64,000 nucleotides of DNA, from contig OZ242320.1 of NCBI GenBank assembly GCA_965208125.1, positions 1,856,001-1,920,000 of the forward strand, written 5' to 3'. Under the pieces are notes generated by a model. The model was not told the DNA's origin, ran no database searches, and saw nothing but the letters and a program-made list of their open reading frames with translations. Origin of the DNA: Candidatus Latescibacterota bacterium (GTDB lineage Bacteria; Latescibacterota; UBA2968). This document shows, in pieces, positions 39,069 through 49,941 of this stretch. The position numbers and the translations under genes are program-made. Position 1 is the stretch's first letter. Every line of letters begins with the position of its first letter.

Positions 39069-40150
39069 CCGACCTCCAAAAACGCATTCAAATCCTCCAA
39101 CCCCATCCCCTCAATCCCCAACTCGCGCACGCTGCGCCCTGAAGTCCATCCATCAAACCCCATCACCACAGACGCAATATCCACCAGCCCGCGCATCAAA
39201 GGCGCCTCCACCCCGTATTGCGCGCCCACATCGTGCCAGGCTGAAAGACCGTAGGGAATATCCTCCGTGAGCCATCGGCTCTCCAGCGACCCCGGCGCCT
39301 TGAGTTGCGTCAGCATCCGGCTGCCATTAATCGCCGCCCACAAATCGCCCTTCGGACCAAAACCCGCGCGATAAAACGCCTCATCAGCCGCCACCAGATC
39401 ATACCCCAAAGCCTTAGCAATCGCTCTGCGCTCTGCATCCACAGCCATAATCGTCTTCGCCACAGATGGGGAAACCCCCTCCTCGTAAAAATAGAACTCC
39501 CCGTGAGAATACTCAATCCGCCCCGCATTCATCAACACACCCGCGGGATGCACAACCGGATTCATCGCGGACAAACCGCACGCCATCGCCGTTGGATACG
39601 ACTGAATCCCCGGAAAAAAAGGCGATAAACGCTCGCGCACCCGCTCTGTATCACTCGCCGGCAAAACTCCCAACCCCAACCCCGTCACAGTACCCCAAAT
39701 CGTCGCTGTATCCGGCGCAGTCTTCCGACACACATAAGGCGCGGTATCCACCTCGGCAAGCGCGACACCTGCCACACCTCGTTCTCTCAGCAGCGTCGCC
39801 CACTCCAGCGTACCCAGCGTACCCGGCATCAGCACAACCGTATGCTCGGGTCCCAGATAGGGCGCACACGCCAGCGCAAAAGGCTTATGTGCATACGCCG
39901 GCACAATCACCAGAATCAGATCCGAAGCATTCAAAGCCGCCTCAATATCCGTGGTCAAAGTGTGAACCCTCGCCGCCCCCGTCTCCTCCACACCTACCAG
40001 ATGAATCACCCCACTATCGCGCACGGGATCGAGCATCTCCCCAAACTCCGGCAATTCGCAAAGCGTAACCCCAAACCCCTTCAAAGTCAGATTCGCAGCC
40101 GCAGCAAACGCCGTATTACCCCCACCCAAAATTGTAATATGTTCAGACAT
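39053..40150 (-). CDS. NAD/NADP opine (octopine/nopaline) dehydrogenase family protein
   Basis: ILGGGN, NPVVHP, FYFY.EG, DAER, RWLTEDIPYGL. Confidence 0.92.
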   Translation of the reverse strand: MSEHITILGGGNTAFAAAANLTLKGFGVTLCELPEFGEMLDPVRDSGVIHLVGVEETGAARVHTLTTDIEAALNASDLILVIVPAYAHKPFALACAPYLGPEHTVVLMPGTLGTLEWATLLRERGVAGVALAEVDTAPYVCRKTAPDTATIWGTVTGLGLGVLPASDTERVRERLSPFFPGIQSYPTAMACGLSAMNPVVHPAGVLMNAGRIEYSHGEFYFYEEGVSPSVAKTIMAVDAERRAIAKALGYDLVAADEAFYRAGFGPKGDLWAAINGSRMLTQLKAPGSLESRWLTEDIPYGLSAWHDVGAQYGVEAPLMRGLVDIASVVMGFDGWTSGRSVRELGIEGMGLEDLNAFLEVGYSTS

Positions 40151-40177
40151 GATAGAATCCTGTTAATATCGAATTGG

Positions 40178-40211
40178 ATTGTCATTGCGGCATGGTTTTA
40201 GCCGCAATCCA
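40178..40211 (+). repeat. Palindromic repeat, left boundary of DISARM-like island
   Basis: attgtcattgcggcatggttttagccgcaatcca; reverse complement matches 52269-52302 at 31 of 34 positions. Confidence 0.9.
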
Positions 40212-40274
40212 GCGGAATTAAAGAAAGAACGCAACCTTACACACTACTGGCGTTGTGCTATTTAAAGTCTCACA

Positions 40275-42143
40275 TTACTTAGCGTACTGTAAACTCTGAA
40301 GATAGTCGTTGAAGAAACCGAGTTCCGGTTTTTGTGGAGAACCCACAACCAGCACGCGATCCAGTAATCGGTTGCCTTCCTCACATGAGGTTTCAGGCAA
40401 GAGAGCACAGGCATGACAGGCAGCCAAATTGCACGAATCAGGACCCTGACCACTACTCTCTACACAGGTTGGATCGGACGAACACCAGAGCGCGGTCCGA
40501 AGAGCGCGGATTAAAACTCGTTCAAGCCTTCCTTGTTCACCTTGTCTTACAAGACCGCCCAATGTCCCTTCAGAGTCTCCAGATGCTGTGTAAATCAGTA
40601 CACCGCTCATCGGATAGGAACGATCTTCTTCATCACAGTAGATACGTTCACGAAGCGATGCACTACCATAGCCACACTCAAAACAAAGCTGATTGATCAA
40701 CAGATGCGCCATCGTGTGAATCAGGACGAATTTAGGGGAGAACGGCCTTTTGCTCTGGCCACGACCTTCTCGAACCCGGTTGTATTCATTCCGCAGTCTG
40801 TCGAATCGCTCAATAACATCAGGCTTCTGCTCCCAAGTCGCTAATCTTTTCTCATCCGGCTTGAGAAATATACCTTCGCCTCGAACTTTGATAGCGGGGA
40901 GCCAGTTTATTGTATTATCAAGGCGTAGATCTTCAATATATTCTTCGAATTTTCTCTTTTCATTAGGCAAATATCGTGAGAATCCGTAAAAGGCCCGCGT
41001 TTCCCGTAATTTGCGTACCAGCATGATATTCTCAAAATAGTCTTGAACAGGAGGACCATATTCAGCCCGATCTCTTGGGACAATGTAGAGCTCTGTTTGG
41101 TCAGCACCCCGAGCTGTTGTCATTGCCTCATATTCAGCTTGCCGATATTTTTCTTCTGTTTGCCCATCAGCCTTGGTAACCTGTTCCAAATCATCAAGGC
41201 GCCGTTGTGCCGCTTCACATAATTCCTCAGGATCAATGCCTTTGCATTTGGGATTGAACTCACAAATTCCTTTGCAGCGTTCCAGATCAATGCGACCATT
41301 AACCAGAGCACGTGAAAGGTTCTGCCATATATCGGTATCTTCCACAAGTTCAACAACCCCCCGGGATGTACTTTCTGCCCACAGTGGTAGATAAATCGAA
41401 CTTGCTACATGGGCGAAGTAAACGTTCGAAGCACCACGCTGTAATACTCGGAGACTGTTGCCGCACTTTGTTGACTTTGGCGTCATGTCACCAAGCCAGG
41501 GACGTAATCCTCCACAGGACACATTCACATTATCCAATGCCTCTTCACTAAAAGCACCGGCCATTGATCTATATTTACCACAGGAGCACTGGATAGTGAT
41601 TCCGGAGAGTCCTGCTGCACTTCTTCCTGCACGTAAGCGCAACTTGCAATCAGGCGCACAGTTATCGTTGCGATGGACCCACTCCATAAAAGGAAAATCC
41701 TGTATATGACCCTGATCACAAACCGCCATAAAACGAACAGGTACCAATCCTGGTCGTCTCCACTGATTGAGGGAAACGCAGTTAAGACCTTCAGCGTAGT
41801 TCGGAGCATTGCACTTCTGCGGACCACTAAAGGGAGAGAGTTCCTGCATGTTGCCGCATCGAGGACAATAATACCATTGAGGAAACCGGACAAAAGGAAT
41901 TTTCAGGTTCGGATGTTGCACTCCCGGTGCAGGTATTCGATAATCAGGTGGCAACCGAAAATGGTTGACTCGCAATCGTGCCTGAAGACGTTCCTCTTCA
42001 AATTTGAAATCTATCGGGCATTCTTCTTTTGCGAATGGCCAAGCATCAAGACCACAAACCATCAAAGATTCGTCACCGGGAAAGTCAATCATGCTACCAA
42101 TCCCCCAGGGGGAAATGAGTTGGGAGCGTCGTATCGGTTTCAT
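40275..42143 (-). CDS. drmB: DISARM DrmB (DUF1998) protein
   Basis: IRRSQLISPWGIG, RFMAVC..GHIQDFP, RGEGIF, HTMAHLL, GYGSASLRER, EGTLGGL, CSSDPTC, AACHAC, ETSCE. Confidence 0.93.
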   Translation of the reverse strand: MKPIRRSQLISPWGIGSMIDFPGDESLMVCGLDAWPFAKEECPIDFKFEEERLQARLRVNHFRLPPDYRIPAPGVQHPNLKIPFVRFPQWYYCPRCGNMQELSPFSGPQKCNAPNYAEGLNCVSLNQWRRPGLVPVRFMAVCDQGHIQDFPFMEWVHRNDNCAPDCKLRLRAGRSAAGLSGITIQCSCGKYRSMAGAFSEEALDNVNVSCGGLRPWLGDMTPKSTKCGNSLRVLQRGASNVYFAHVASSIYLPLWAESTSRGVVELVEDTDIWQNLSRALVNGRIDLERCKGICEFNPKCKGIDPEELCEAAQRRLDDLEQVTKADGQTEEKYRQAEYEAMTTARGADQTELYIVPRDRAEYGPPVQDYFENIMLVRKLRETRAFYGFSRYLPNEKRKFEEYIEDLRLDNTINWLPAIKVRGEGIFLKPDEKRLATWEQKPDVIERFDRLRNEYNRVREGRGQSKRPFSPKFVLIHTMAHLLINQLCFECGYGSASLRERIYCDEEDRSYPMSGVLIYTASGDSEGTLGGLVRQGEQGRLERVLIRALRTALWCSSDPTCVESSGQGPDSCNLAACHACALLPETSCEEGNRLLDRVLVVGSPQKPELGFFNDYLQSLQYAK

Positions 42144-42144
42144 A

Positions 42145-45100
42145 TTAATCTACCTCGTCAGGCTCAGGATATTGATGGATGGTTTCTGCTTCACAACTGG
42201 CATCTACATTCCGCATGGAAGATGGAGTAGGCCATGACCGTCTGACCCAGTCTTCCAACGGCTCAGACCCCGCTGGATACATAAGCGGTATATTGGACCC
42301 CGGTGGACCAAAACCGCCATATTCCGGGGGAAGAACACGCCTCCAATGATCAACCTGTTCATCAAAATACTTCAGAGTCAGATCTTGTTCACCAGAATCT
42401 ATGCCCTTAACCCGTTCCTCAATAACTGAACGGATATTCGCTATTAAGTCGGCATCGGGAAACGGTTGAGGACGCTCCCTATTATCAGAATGACCCCAGT
42501 ATCGGACGAGTGCGACCAGAAGAGCACGGAGCGCACGCTCTCTAACAGGAGCAGCAAACGGCGTCACACTCGTTGGTTCAACATGGCGATAAATACTCGC
42601 ATGAAATGACCGAAAGTGTTCATAATGTGACCGATCACGGGGTTTGCCCGTGTTGTAGATGGAAATAACCAGCCCAGGATGTCTGCGTCCTACCCGGCTG
42701 GTGGCCTGAATATATTCAGACGTGGTTTTGGGCTGTCCAACTACTGCCATTAGACCAAGGCGGGAAACGTCAATACCTACAGAGATCATATTGGTTGCGA
42801 GACAAATGTCCACAGGTTGATCCTGTGAAGAGTACTTGTGTTCCAGCTTCTGAAGTGATTCAGGAATATCAGTACTGGAAACACGGCTGGTTAATTCGAG
42901 TACCTGGTTAATAAACCTTCGTTCATCAAAAGTACTCGTCTTTTCAATCTTCTTGCGATTCCACATCGCATTCAGATATTCACGGATGTCAGCACGAATA
43001 AGTGTAGCCGCATGTCCAAGTTCGCGCAAACTATTGAAGTAATCAATCAAAGTCCAGTATGAATCTCGATCACTTTCATTGGATACCCGAGCCGAGCGCG
43101 TGGCCTGTAGCAGGGCTGCAATTACCCGCACTTGTGCCGTAACATGCGATGGCAACGCAGATGCATGAACACCAGCATACAATCTACCCGGCGAACAGTT
43201 GTCTTCCTCAGCAAAAAACGAATCACCGGCCTGCAAACACTGAGGGGGAAAAAGGAAAACGTTCCGGGCATACAGAGACTGAACCTGTTCTTCAGCACGA
43301 GAAATGGTTGCTGTCGATGCAATAATTTTTGGCCTGATTTTACGGTCTTCTTTTATATGTGAACAGAGTTCGTCAATGACCGTTTCATAATGACCCACCA
43401 TTGAACCCAATGGGCCGGAGATCAGATGCAACTCATCCTGAATAACCAGGTTTGGTGGCGAAACATTATCTCCGTCTCTAATACCAAAGAGTTTACGTGC
43501 ATCTGGAAACCAGGGCAATAGGGCAAATTTGTCAACGGTTCCAATAAGTAGCGTTGGTGGAGATTCATAGATTTCCTCGTCAATAACCTTCAATGGCAGT
43601 TCCCTACTAAAGTCACAGGCTGAATCATGACATCTAAATTTCACTGTTGATGGACGTAGCCTTTTTTCATACCCAAAAATCCTGACTCGATTCCCTGTAC
43701 TTACAGGTCCCATCTGAGCACTACACCAGGGACATTGAAGAACGATAAATGGATTTTCGCGTGTTTTGCCTTGACTGAGGCGAGTCAAGGCAGTGACTGC
43801 ATCACTCCGCTTATTGGGCGTGAGACTTCCTCCTACCCAAAGACCGATAGTGATAGGATCCGATCCAAGGTCCGGAGATCTACGTCTGATGATTTCACAG
43901 GCACAGATCAGCGATGCTGAACGCTGGAATTGTTGCGTTGTCAATAGCCGCAAAGTGTAGCGCATCAACACCGCTGTGCCCGCATCATCAAGATCAATAA
44001 GACGTCGAAAGAAAATGGTAAATGCGGTGAGTCCGAGATACGCTTCTGTTTTACCTCCACCTGTAGGAAACCAGATCAGATCTACAATATCGCGTTCATC
44101 ATCAAGTATCGCAATTGAACGAAGATTCATGAGAATAAACGCAATCTGAAAAGGATACCAAGAACCCAGACCACACCGTGGATTAGCCGGATCAGGCCAT
44201 GTTACAGGATCGATTTTCTTTTGACTTATATCTTTCCAAGTTCGCGGAGAAAGATCATAATGCAATTGCTGAAGCAACATCGCATGGTTGGCCAGCCGAA
44301 AAGCACGCATAACTATAGAATCGGTCTTAAGCAGATCCAGACCAGAGCGCATACGGCGTAAGCATTCCCGACACTTGTTAAGATGGCGCAATGCAGCCTT
44401 TTGAAATTCCTGTGGAAAGTCTGGACCATCCATAGTGACTTGTTGTTGCTCTATCCACTCTTCGTATTTATCGCATAGAGAATTAAGAACAGGATCTATA
44501 GCTGCTTCGTCGCCCAGTGTGCTCAGATCATACATTTTAAGATCAAGGTCTGGAAAACTTGTTGGAACAATAGGTTTGATCTCGTAGCTCGGAATAATAT
44601 CCGACTGAATCATATCAGCACGGTCTTCATCTACCTCGTTCCAATCGGCAGCACAACCATGCCCCACGGCATACGTCTTACGATGACGATACAGAAGCCT
44701 CAATGATTCCTCTTCCTTGTCCAGAGATTCGCCTTCTTTATCGGGATATTCAAGAAACGGAGCACTCTGGTCAGCAGCCCGCAACCTGAGTTCAACCTGA
44801 AAAAAGCATTTTTTGTTATCAGCCTGACCTGTCGTTGATTCGTGGCGGTTGATTAGCGCGACAGTCAAAAGTCGCCGGGATCTTCCATCCTCTCCTGGCT
44901 GCCGGGGCCTGCTGAGAATCCGAACTTGAAGATTTACGTCTTCACCTTTTTTATTTTTTACACTCCCGGGCCACATTTGAATGCCCTTGCCATCCAGCTC
45001 AGAAGAAGGAACTTCAAGGACACATTCAAGCGGTGTCCGAAGGTACTGGCGACCTTTTCTCGTTTCACCACTTTTCGTTATATATTCCCGGGGTTCTTCA

Positions 45101-45495
45101 TGATAGATTCCGGCTTTGACCTCAACGAGAAAACCCGCTTCTGGTAAGGTAGTCAGACAACTGAAACCGATTGCAGAAGGCAGATAAGAATTGGTCAACG
45201 AAGTAATTTCTTCAGCACTCTGGTCCTCAATGATTTCGCGTCCCCCACGGTCCTCCTTAACATCAATGTCCGTTTCTTCTGTTTCTATTTCTACTTCTAC
45301 TCCGGTCGTTTCTGCACTTTCTACATCCTCGGATTTTTCAGCAGACACACCCTGTGGGAAAAGCACACCTGCTCCATAACGTAGCCGGGGCGGATCGGTG
45401 ATAAGGATTTCTTCACCATTGTCCTGGACATCTGGCGGAATAGGATCTGGACCGATCAGTTCAGCACGCAAAAAATCTATAATCTGGTCTCTCAT
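42145..45495 (-). CDS. drmA: DISARM DrmA SF2 helicase
   Basis: YAVGHGC, WFPTGGGKTEAY, RYTLRLLT.QQ, TVDKFA, QDELH, LATNMISVGID, YIQATSRVGR, SVTPF. Confidence 0.93.
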   Translation of the reverse strand: MRDQIIDFLRAELIGPDPIPPDVQDNGEEILITDPPRLRYGAGVLFPQGVSAEKSEDVESAETTGVEVEIETEETDIDVKEDRGGREIIEDQSAEEITSLTNSYLPSAIGFSCLTTLPEAGFLVEVKAGIYHEEPREYITKSGETRKGRQYLRTPLECVLEVPSSELDGKGIQMWPGSVKNKKGEDVNLQVRILSRPRQPGEDGRSRRLLTVALINRHESTTGQADNKKCFFQVELRLRAADQSAPFLEYPDKEGESLDKEEESLRLLYRHRKTYAVGHGCAADWNEVDEDRADMIQSDIIPSYEIKPIVPTSFPDLDLKMYDLSTLGDEAAIDPVLNSLCDKYEEWIEQQQVTMDGPDFPQEFQKAALRHLNKCRECLRRMRSGLDLLKTDSIVMRAFRLANHAMLLQQLHYDLSPRTWKDISQKKIDPVTWPDPANPRCGLGSWYPFQIAFILMNLRSIAILDDERDIVDLIWFPTGGGKTEAYLGLTAFTIFFRRLIDLDDAGTAVLMRYTLRLLTTQQFQRSASLICACEIIRRRSPDLGSDPITIGLWVGGSLTPNKRSDAVTALTRLSQGKTRENPFIVLQCPWCSAQMGPVSTGNRVRIFGYEKRLRPSTVKFRCHDSACDFSRELPLKVIDEEIYESPPTLLIGTVDKFALLPWFPDARKLFGIRDGDNVSPPNLVIQDELHLISGPLGSMVGHYETVIDELCSHIKEDRKIRPKIIASTATISRAEEQVQSLYARNVFLFPPQCLQAGDSFFAEEDNCSPGRLYAGVHASALPSHVTAQVRVIAALLQATRSARVSNESDRDSYWTLIDYFNSLRELGHAATLIRADIREYLNAMWNRKKIEKTSTFDERRFINQVLELTSRVSSTDIPESLQKLEHKYSSQDQPVDICLATNMISVGIDVSRLGLMAVVGQPKTTSEYIQATSRVGRRHPGLVISIYNTGKPRDRSHYEHFRSFHASIYRHVEPTSVTPFAAPVRERALRALLVALVRYWGHSDNRERPQPFPDADLIANIRSVIEERVKGIDSGEQDLTLKYFDEQVDHWRRVLPPEYGGFGPPGSNIPLMYPAGSEPLEDWVRRSWPTPSSMRNVDASCEAETIHQYPEPDEVD

Positions 45496-47273
45496 TCTGT
45501 TCCTTTCTGAATGCTCCTGCGAATCGCTTCCTGGTACTCTCCTCGCGCAGAATCAGAGATCAAAACTGATAACCTGTATTTAGCGCGAGACATTCCCACA
45601 TACAGCAGTGCCCGGTTACGGTCATTGAGCACCTGTTTAATATCAGTAATAATAATAACAGAACTCTCAAGTCCCTTGAATGAGTGAATTGTTGAAAATC
45701 TGATAACATTCCGAAGTCGTTTCTGTAACCCTGATCTGGTAAGGTCTGCTATTTTGAAAGATATATGATCGCCTGCTGCAAGACATGAGTGCTCAAATGT
45801 CGCTGGGGATAGAATGGTTATGGTCTCGCTTTTGATACCATCAGCACGAAGTTGGTTGATAATTTCGTCTATCTGTTTACATTGATCAGCGTCATCACTG
45901 TAGAATCTGTAATCTACAGGCATCCCTTCTATACTGGCAGGTAAAAACGGCGGTATGTCAAATCCCGAAATGAACGAGACTTCTTCCCCTATTGGACGTG
46001 TGTTTCGACAATTGGTAAGCAGACGAAATCGTGTATATTGAGCCGTGCGCTGTCCAAGCTCACAAAGCATTGTATTTTCATCGGTATCTCCGTAGATCGT
46101 CTGGTGATGGAAGTCGCAGAAAATTGCCCATGTGCCACCGGCAAGCCCCCCTTTGAGTAGCCCATCAAAAACATCCAGATATTCGGAACGAATAAGATCC
46201 TGACCTTCATCAATGATAAGCGTATCATACGATTCAGTCACATTTTCTGATAGGGCATCAAGCGCAAATAGCGGATATAGTTCGCCAAAAAGATAATTTT
46301 GATCTTCTGTTTGTTTTATTTTGCGAAACTCATTGCTAACACTTGAAGCAGCAATTAAGCGATCAAGAAAATGGTGGAAAGAGTCAATTTCAATGGAGTG
46401 GGGAAGTGTGTTCCCTTTCTCTAAAGCAAGCCATTGTCCTAACAACTTATTAAAACAAATTAGCAAGACTTTTCTACCTGAAGATGCTTCACGGCGGGCA
46501 AATTCAAGAGCAAGTAGCGTTTTTCCAGTCCCGGCACCACCATCGAACAAACATCGCGGATTATCCTGAAGCTGATCAAGGCAGCGATATTGCTCCTCAG
46601 TCAGCCGCAGGATCTGTTCCTCTGTCTCAATTAACACATCAGAAGGTTTGACGATTTGCTCAAAATTACCTCGCAGAAAATCCACAAGTTCCCGGATGTC
46701 TGACAGCGAAGGACGAGATCCCTGTTCATCATACCAGGGCTGGGATTGCACATTGCGACGGGTATTTATGGAAAGATTGAGAATATATCTGCTTACTGGT
46801 TGGCGGCGAGAATCCCTGTCATAGACCTGCCAGGATTCAATCTCTGGATCATCTTGAGCAAAGGAGATATGTGGGAACACGAGACCAAAACCATACAGGA
46901 GTCTGGTAAAACGATGTTGCCGACCAAAGTGTTTTCGAACAGCCTCAAGCAGGGAAAACATGCCATCCCTGGCCTGCCTGAATGGACCAACAGTGCTCGT
47001 TGACACGTCGCCGTATTTGTTGGTATAATTCCAGACGCCTTCTTGACGAGCGACCCTGCCGGATTTGATTTCCAGACAGAAAATTCCTTCATTTGGAATG
47101 AGTACCACAAAGTCAATCTCGCCATAGACTCGCTTCACATGCCTTGCAAGACTGAGAGAATGCAGGCAAACCCAATCAGCCGTTGCAGGATCATGTCGCA
47201 ATAGATCAAAGAACTGCTTCTCCCCGGTGCTTTTGATCTCTTCTGGATAATAGGGGGGGATCATTCGAGCCAT
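45492..47273 (-). CDS. NERD nuclease fused to SF1 (UvrD-like) helicase
   Basis: GEIDFVV..LEIKSG nuclease motif; GGAGTGKT, DEGQD, NCRNT, STIHSFKGLE, YVGMSRA. Confidence 0.9.
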   Translation of the reverse strand: MARMIPPYYPEEIKSTGEKQFFDLLRHDPATADWVCLHSLSLARHVKRVYGEIDFVVLIPNEGIFCLEIKSGRVARQEGVWNYTNKYGDVSTSTVGPFRQARDGMFSLLEAVRKHFGRQHRFTRLLYGFGLVFPHISFAQDDPEIESWQVYDRDSRRQPVSRYILNLSINTRRNVQSQPWYDEQGSRPSLSDIRELVDFLRGNFEQIVKPSDVLIETEEQILRLTEEQYRCLDQLQDNPRCLFDGGAGTGKTLLALEFARREASSGRKVLLICFNKLLGQWLALEKGNTLPHSIEIDSFHHFLDRLIAASSVSNEFRKIKQTEDQNYLFGELYPLFALDALSENVTESYDTLIIDEGQDLIRSEYLDVFDGLLKGGLAGGTWAIFCDFHHQTIYGDTDENTMLCELGQRTAQYTRFRLLTNCRNTRPIGEEVSFISGFDIPPFLPASIEGMPVDYRFYSDDADQCKQIDEIINQLRADGIKSETITILSPATFEHSCLAAGDHISFKIADLTRSGLQKRLRNVIRFSTIHSFKGLESSVIIITDIKQVLNDRNRALLYVGMSRAKYRLSVLISDSARGEYQEAIRRSIQKGTE

Positions 47274-49939
47274 TAGAACTCATCCCTGAACAGACGATTG
47301 ACTTCAGTAAGAGGAACCTTTATCTCCTCCTCGTCAATATCTTCAACACAGACTACGAAAGCCTGCCCGATATCTTCAATTTCAATAGTGTGAGATTCGA
47401 CAAGACCTTGCTTTAACAGTGAAGGAACTTGGGCGATGAGCTTTTGAGCAAGAAAATTGGCTGCCTGGAGATGGGCACCACGAACTTCCTTGATTGCTCG
47501 TCGAACATAGTCAAGTTGTTCCTGAAGTTCTTGATCGCCGCTCACGCGAGCAATAATTTCGATGTCCTGCTCATTGCGAGGACCGATGCGGTGTTCGTCA
47601 TTCAGCCAACTTCGGATAGTAATTTCAGTGGGTTTAAGCCCCTCATCCCATAACTCTATCAAAGCTCCGTCAAAACCATCCGAATGCTCACATACGAATC
47701 GCCTGAGTGCTTGCTTCCATAAACCGGCTACCTCTCGATGCTCATTTTTACCTGCCCCAGCAAGCCCTATGTCCGCAATAGCCCGTAAAAGATCACTGTC
47801 CGAACCCTCCCGGAAAATTACATAATCACCGACTTTTAATTGAGAGACGTCCTTGGAAGGAATACCTGCTGATTCGTCAGCATGACCATCAATAAAATCG
47901 GTAACCACAGACACTTTATAATTTGGGCGCAAGTAGGCATACATGTCTTGGGAAAAATCTACAAAACGTGCCTTTGTCGTAGTCTCACCTGGAGCAGACG
48001 GTCTGGCATAGAGGTCACGCCTATAAGTGCGCAGACGAAGTTCAAAATCAACTATGTCAAAATCTGTTTCAGGAGATGGATCAGGCGGTTTTTCCTCTTT
48101 AAACTTTCGTATATCCGAAAGATTTTCTGGTTGTGTCTGAAGAATCTTTGCTTTCTGGGGTTGAGTAAGTTCGGCTTTCCTTAGCTTTTCCTTTTGTCTG
48201 CGCCATCTACTTACTGCCGAGCGGAACCATTCCTGTTCAAAAGGATACATAAGGACTGTGATAGACGGAGCAATACAGTAATCAAACAACTTTCTCATCC
48301 GTTCTGTCCCGAGCCATCCACACACGATGAGATCGTCATAACCCTGCTCAAAGTCAAGTTCAGATGGAGTAACAAAGTGAATACCTTTTTGTTTCCTTCT
48401 GGAAACAATGTCCTCCCAATATCTCTTCGTAATTGACACCTCAGAGGCATCCGCGAGAACAATAGCACTTTGATTTTTTTCAGTCTTATTCTGAAGTATC
48501 TTTTCAAGTTCTGTTATTTTGCCTGAAATACTATTCGGATTTTCTATAAGAGTCTTGATTTTATTTACAAATTCATGGGCTGTATCTACAGCATCTTTTT
48601 CCAACCATATCGCCTTATTTTTAACGTCCAACTGTATTTGTTCAATAAGATTTTCCAGAGCCTTATCCCTGACAACATCATCCTCAACGCCAAACGGACG
48701 CAGTAATCGAGAAAGATTGAGCAGGCAATAGTAAAATCTGCGTTCAATACTTCTGTGTTCGAGATTATCTGAATGACACTGGTTTGAGAATATCTGTAAC
48801 TTCTCTGCTGCAATATCCAACTCTGAGCGTTCACATATCGTTTCCTCAATTTGCCGGACATTGTAATTCTGGACTGTGCGACGAAAATGACGGAAAGGTA
48901 TCTGTTGATTGGATACATCAATGCTTTCGGCAAGCGCAAACTGTTGCAGGTCGTGCTCTGACCAGACCCAGGTCTCAAACCCTCGATCCTCAAGATATTT
49001 GAGATGGTCTATATGCCGATTTTCCATCAGAGCAAGAACGGGATATCCTTCATCAACGATTTCATCAAGTGCCTGAAGATCATTGGCAAATGGAAGATTA
49101 CCGTCAAGAATGATCAGCACATCTGATGATTGACGGTTGGAAAGGTATTCCCAAAGCGTGGTGAGATTGGGAGCAACTCCAATGACAGGTTCTGCGGCGA
49201 TTTGTTGATGCCTCCACCGTTTAAGTTCACCTTCTACCGTAATGCTACCCCACTGGAATAAATCGCGCAATGAAACTGAGTCCTCTGGAGATGCAGGATT
49301 GACGATGCGGGTTTTTTCAGCAAATTGGCGCACTCTTGTCAACCGGGAGACGAGGACTACTTCGTTAGTAAAAATAGAGCGGTTGCCAAAAGAGGGTATG
49401 CCAAGAAGCTTATCAAGAGGATGGACAGGTGGTTGGAAATGCATCTTTTCTATTGGCGTCAATGGCATTTTAGTATCTGTTGCTTGAAAACGCAACCGGT
49501 CACCAATAGGAAATGCCTTGGTAGTATTTTCAGGTCTTTGACCTGCTTTGCCTTTTGCGCTCATCTTCATCCATAAGAACTGGGTTCCATCAAACTTCTC
49601 CTCCTTTATGTATTCTACAACATGTTTATCGTCTAACCGCAATTTTTGACCTGGCGAAAGAGGTTCCAAATTTTCTATAGCATGCCAGAAAGTTTTTTTG
49701 ATAGCTGCAAGTGAGCAGCCCACAGCGATCCACTCTGGACAGTCGAGCAGGAGAGGGAAAATCATTGTCAGACGTTTATACTCCGGGTCTTCACACCGCA
49801 GATTCTCTGCAATATCAAAACCGGCTTGCAGGGCTTCAGGTAGTAGTGATGAGAAGTCCTCCGATCCACAGACCTCAAGTTGCCTGAGAAATGGATGTCG
49901 CTTTTTGATATTCTGTAAGATATTCGTCCAACCAGACAC
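47273..49939 (-). CDS. drmE: DrmE-like large protein
   Basis: ~888 aa, no intact NTPase motif, C-terminal LKVGDYVIF...WKQAL...IRSWL region recalled from DrmE; position upstream of drmA; GTG start 2 nt after the upstream stop with G-rich RBS. Confidence 0.65.
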   Translation of the reverse strand: MSGWTNILQNIKKRHPFLRQLEVCGSEDFSSLLPEALQAGFDIAENLRCEDPEYKRLTMIFPLLLDCPEWIAVGCSLAAIKKTFWHAIENLEPLSPGQKLRLDDKHVVEYIKEEKFDGTQFLWMKMSAKGKAGQRPENTTKAFPIGDRLRFQATDTKMPLTPIEKMHFQPPVHPLDKLLGIPSFGNRSIFTNEVVLVSRLTRVRQFAEKTRIVNPASPEDSVSLRDLFQWGSITVEGELKRWRHQQIAAEPVIGVAPNLTTLWEYLSNRQSSDVLIILDGNLPFANDLQALDEIVDEGYPVLALMENRHIDHLKYLEDRGFETWVWSEHDLQQFALAESIDVSNQQIPFRHFRRTVQNYNVRQIEETICERSELDIAAEKLQIFSNQCHSDNLEHRSIERRFYYCLLNLSRLLRPFGVEDDVVRDKALENLIEQIQLDVKNKAIWLEKDAVDTAHEFVNKIKTLIENPNSISGKITELEKILQNKTEKNQSAIVLADASEVSITKRYWEDIVSRRKQKGIHFVTPSELDFEQGYDDLIVCGWLGTERMRKLFDYCIAPSITVLMYPFEQEWFRSAVSRWRRQKEKLRKAELTQPQKAKILQTQPENLSDIRKFKEEKPPDPSPETDFDIVDFELRLRTYRRDLYARPSAPGETTTKARFVDFSQDMYAYLRPNYKVSVVTDFIDGHADESAGIPSKDVSQLKVGDYVIFREGSDSDLLRAIADIGLAGAGKNEHREVAGLWKQALRRFVCEHSDGFDGALIELWDEGLKPTEITIRSWLNDEHRIGPRNEQDIEIIARVSGDQELQEQLDYVRRAIKEVRGAHLQAANFLAQKLIAQVPSLLKQGLVESHTIEIEDIGQAFVVCVEDIDEEEIKVPLTEVNRLFRDEF

Positions 49940-49941
49940 AA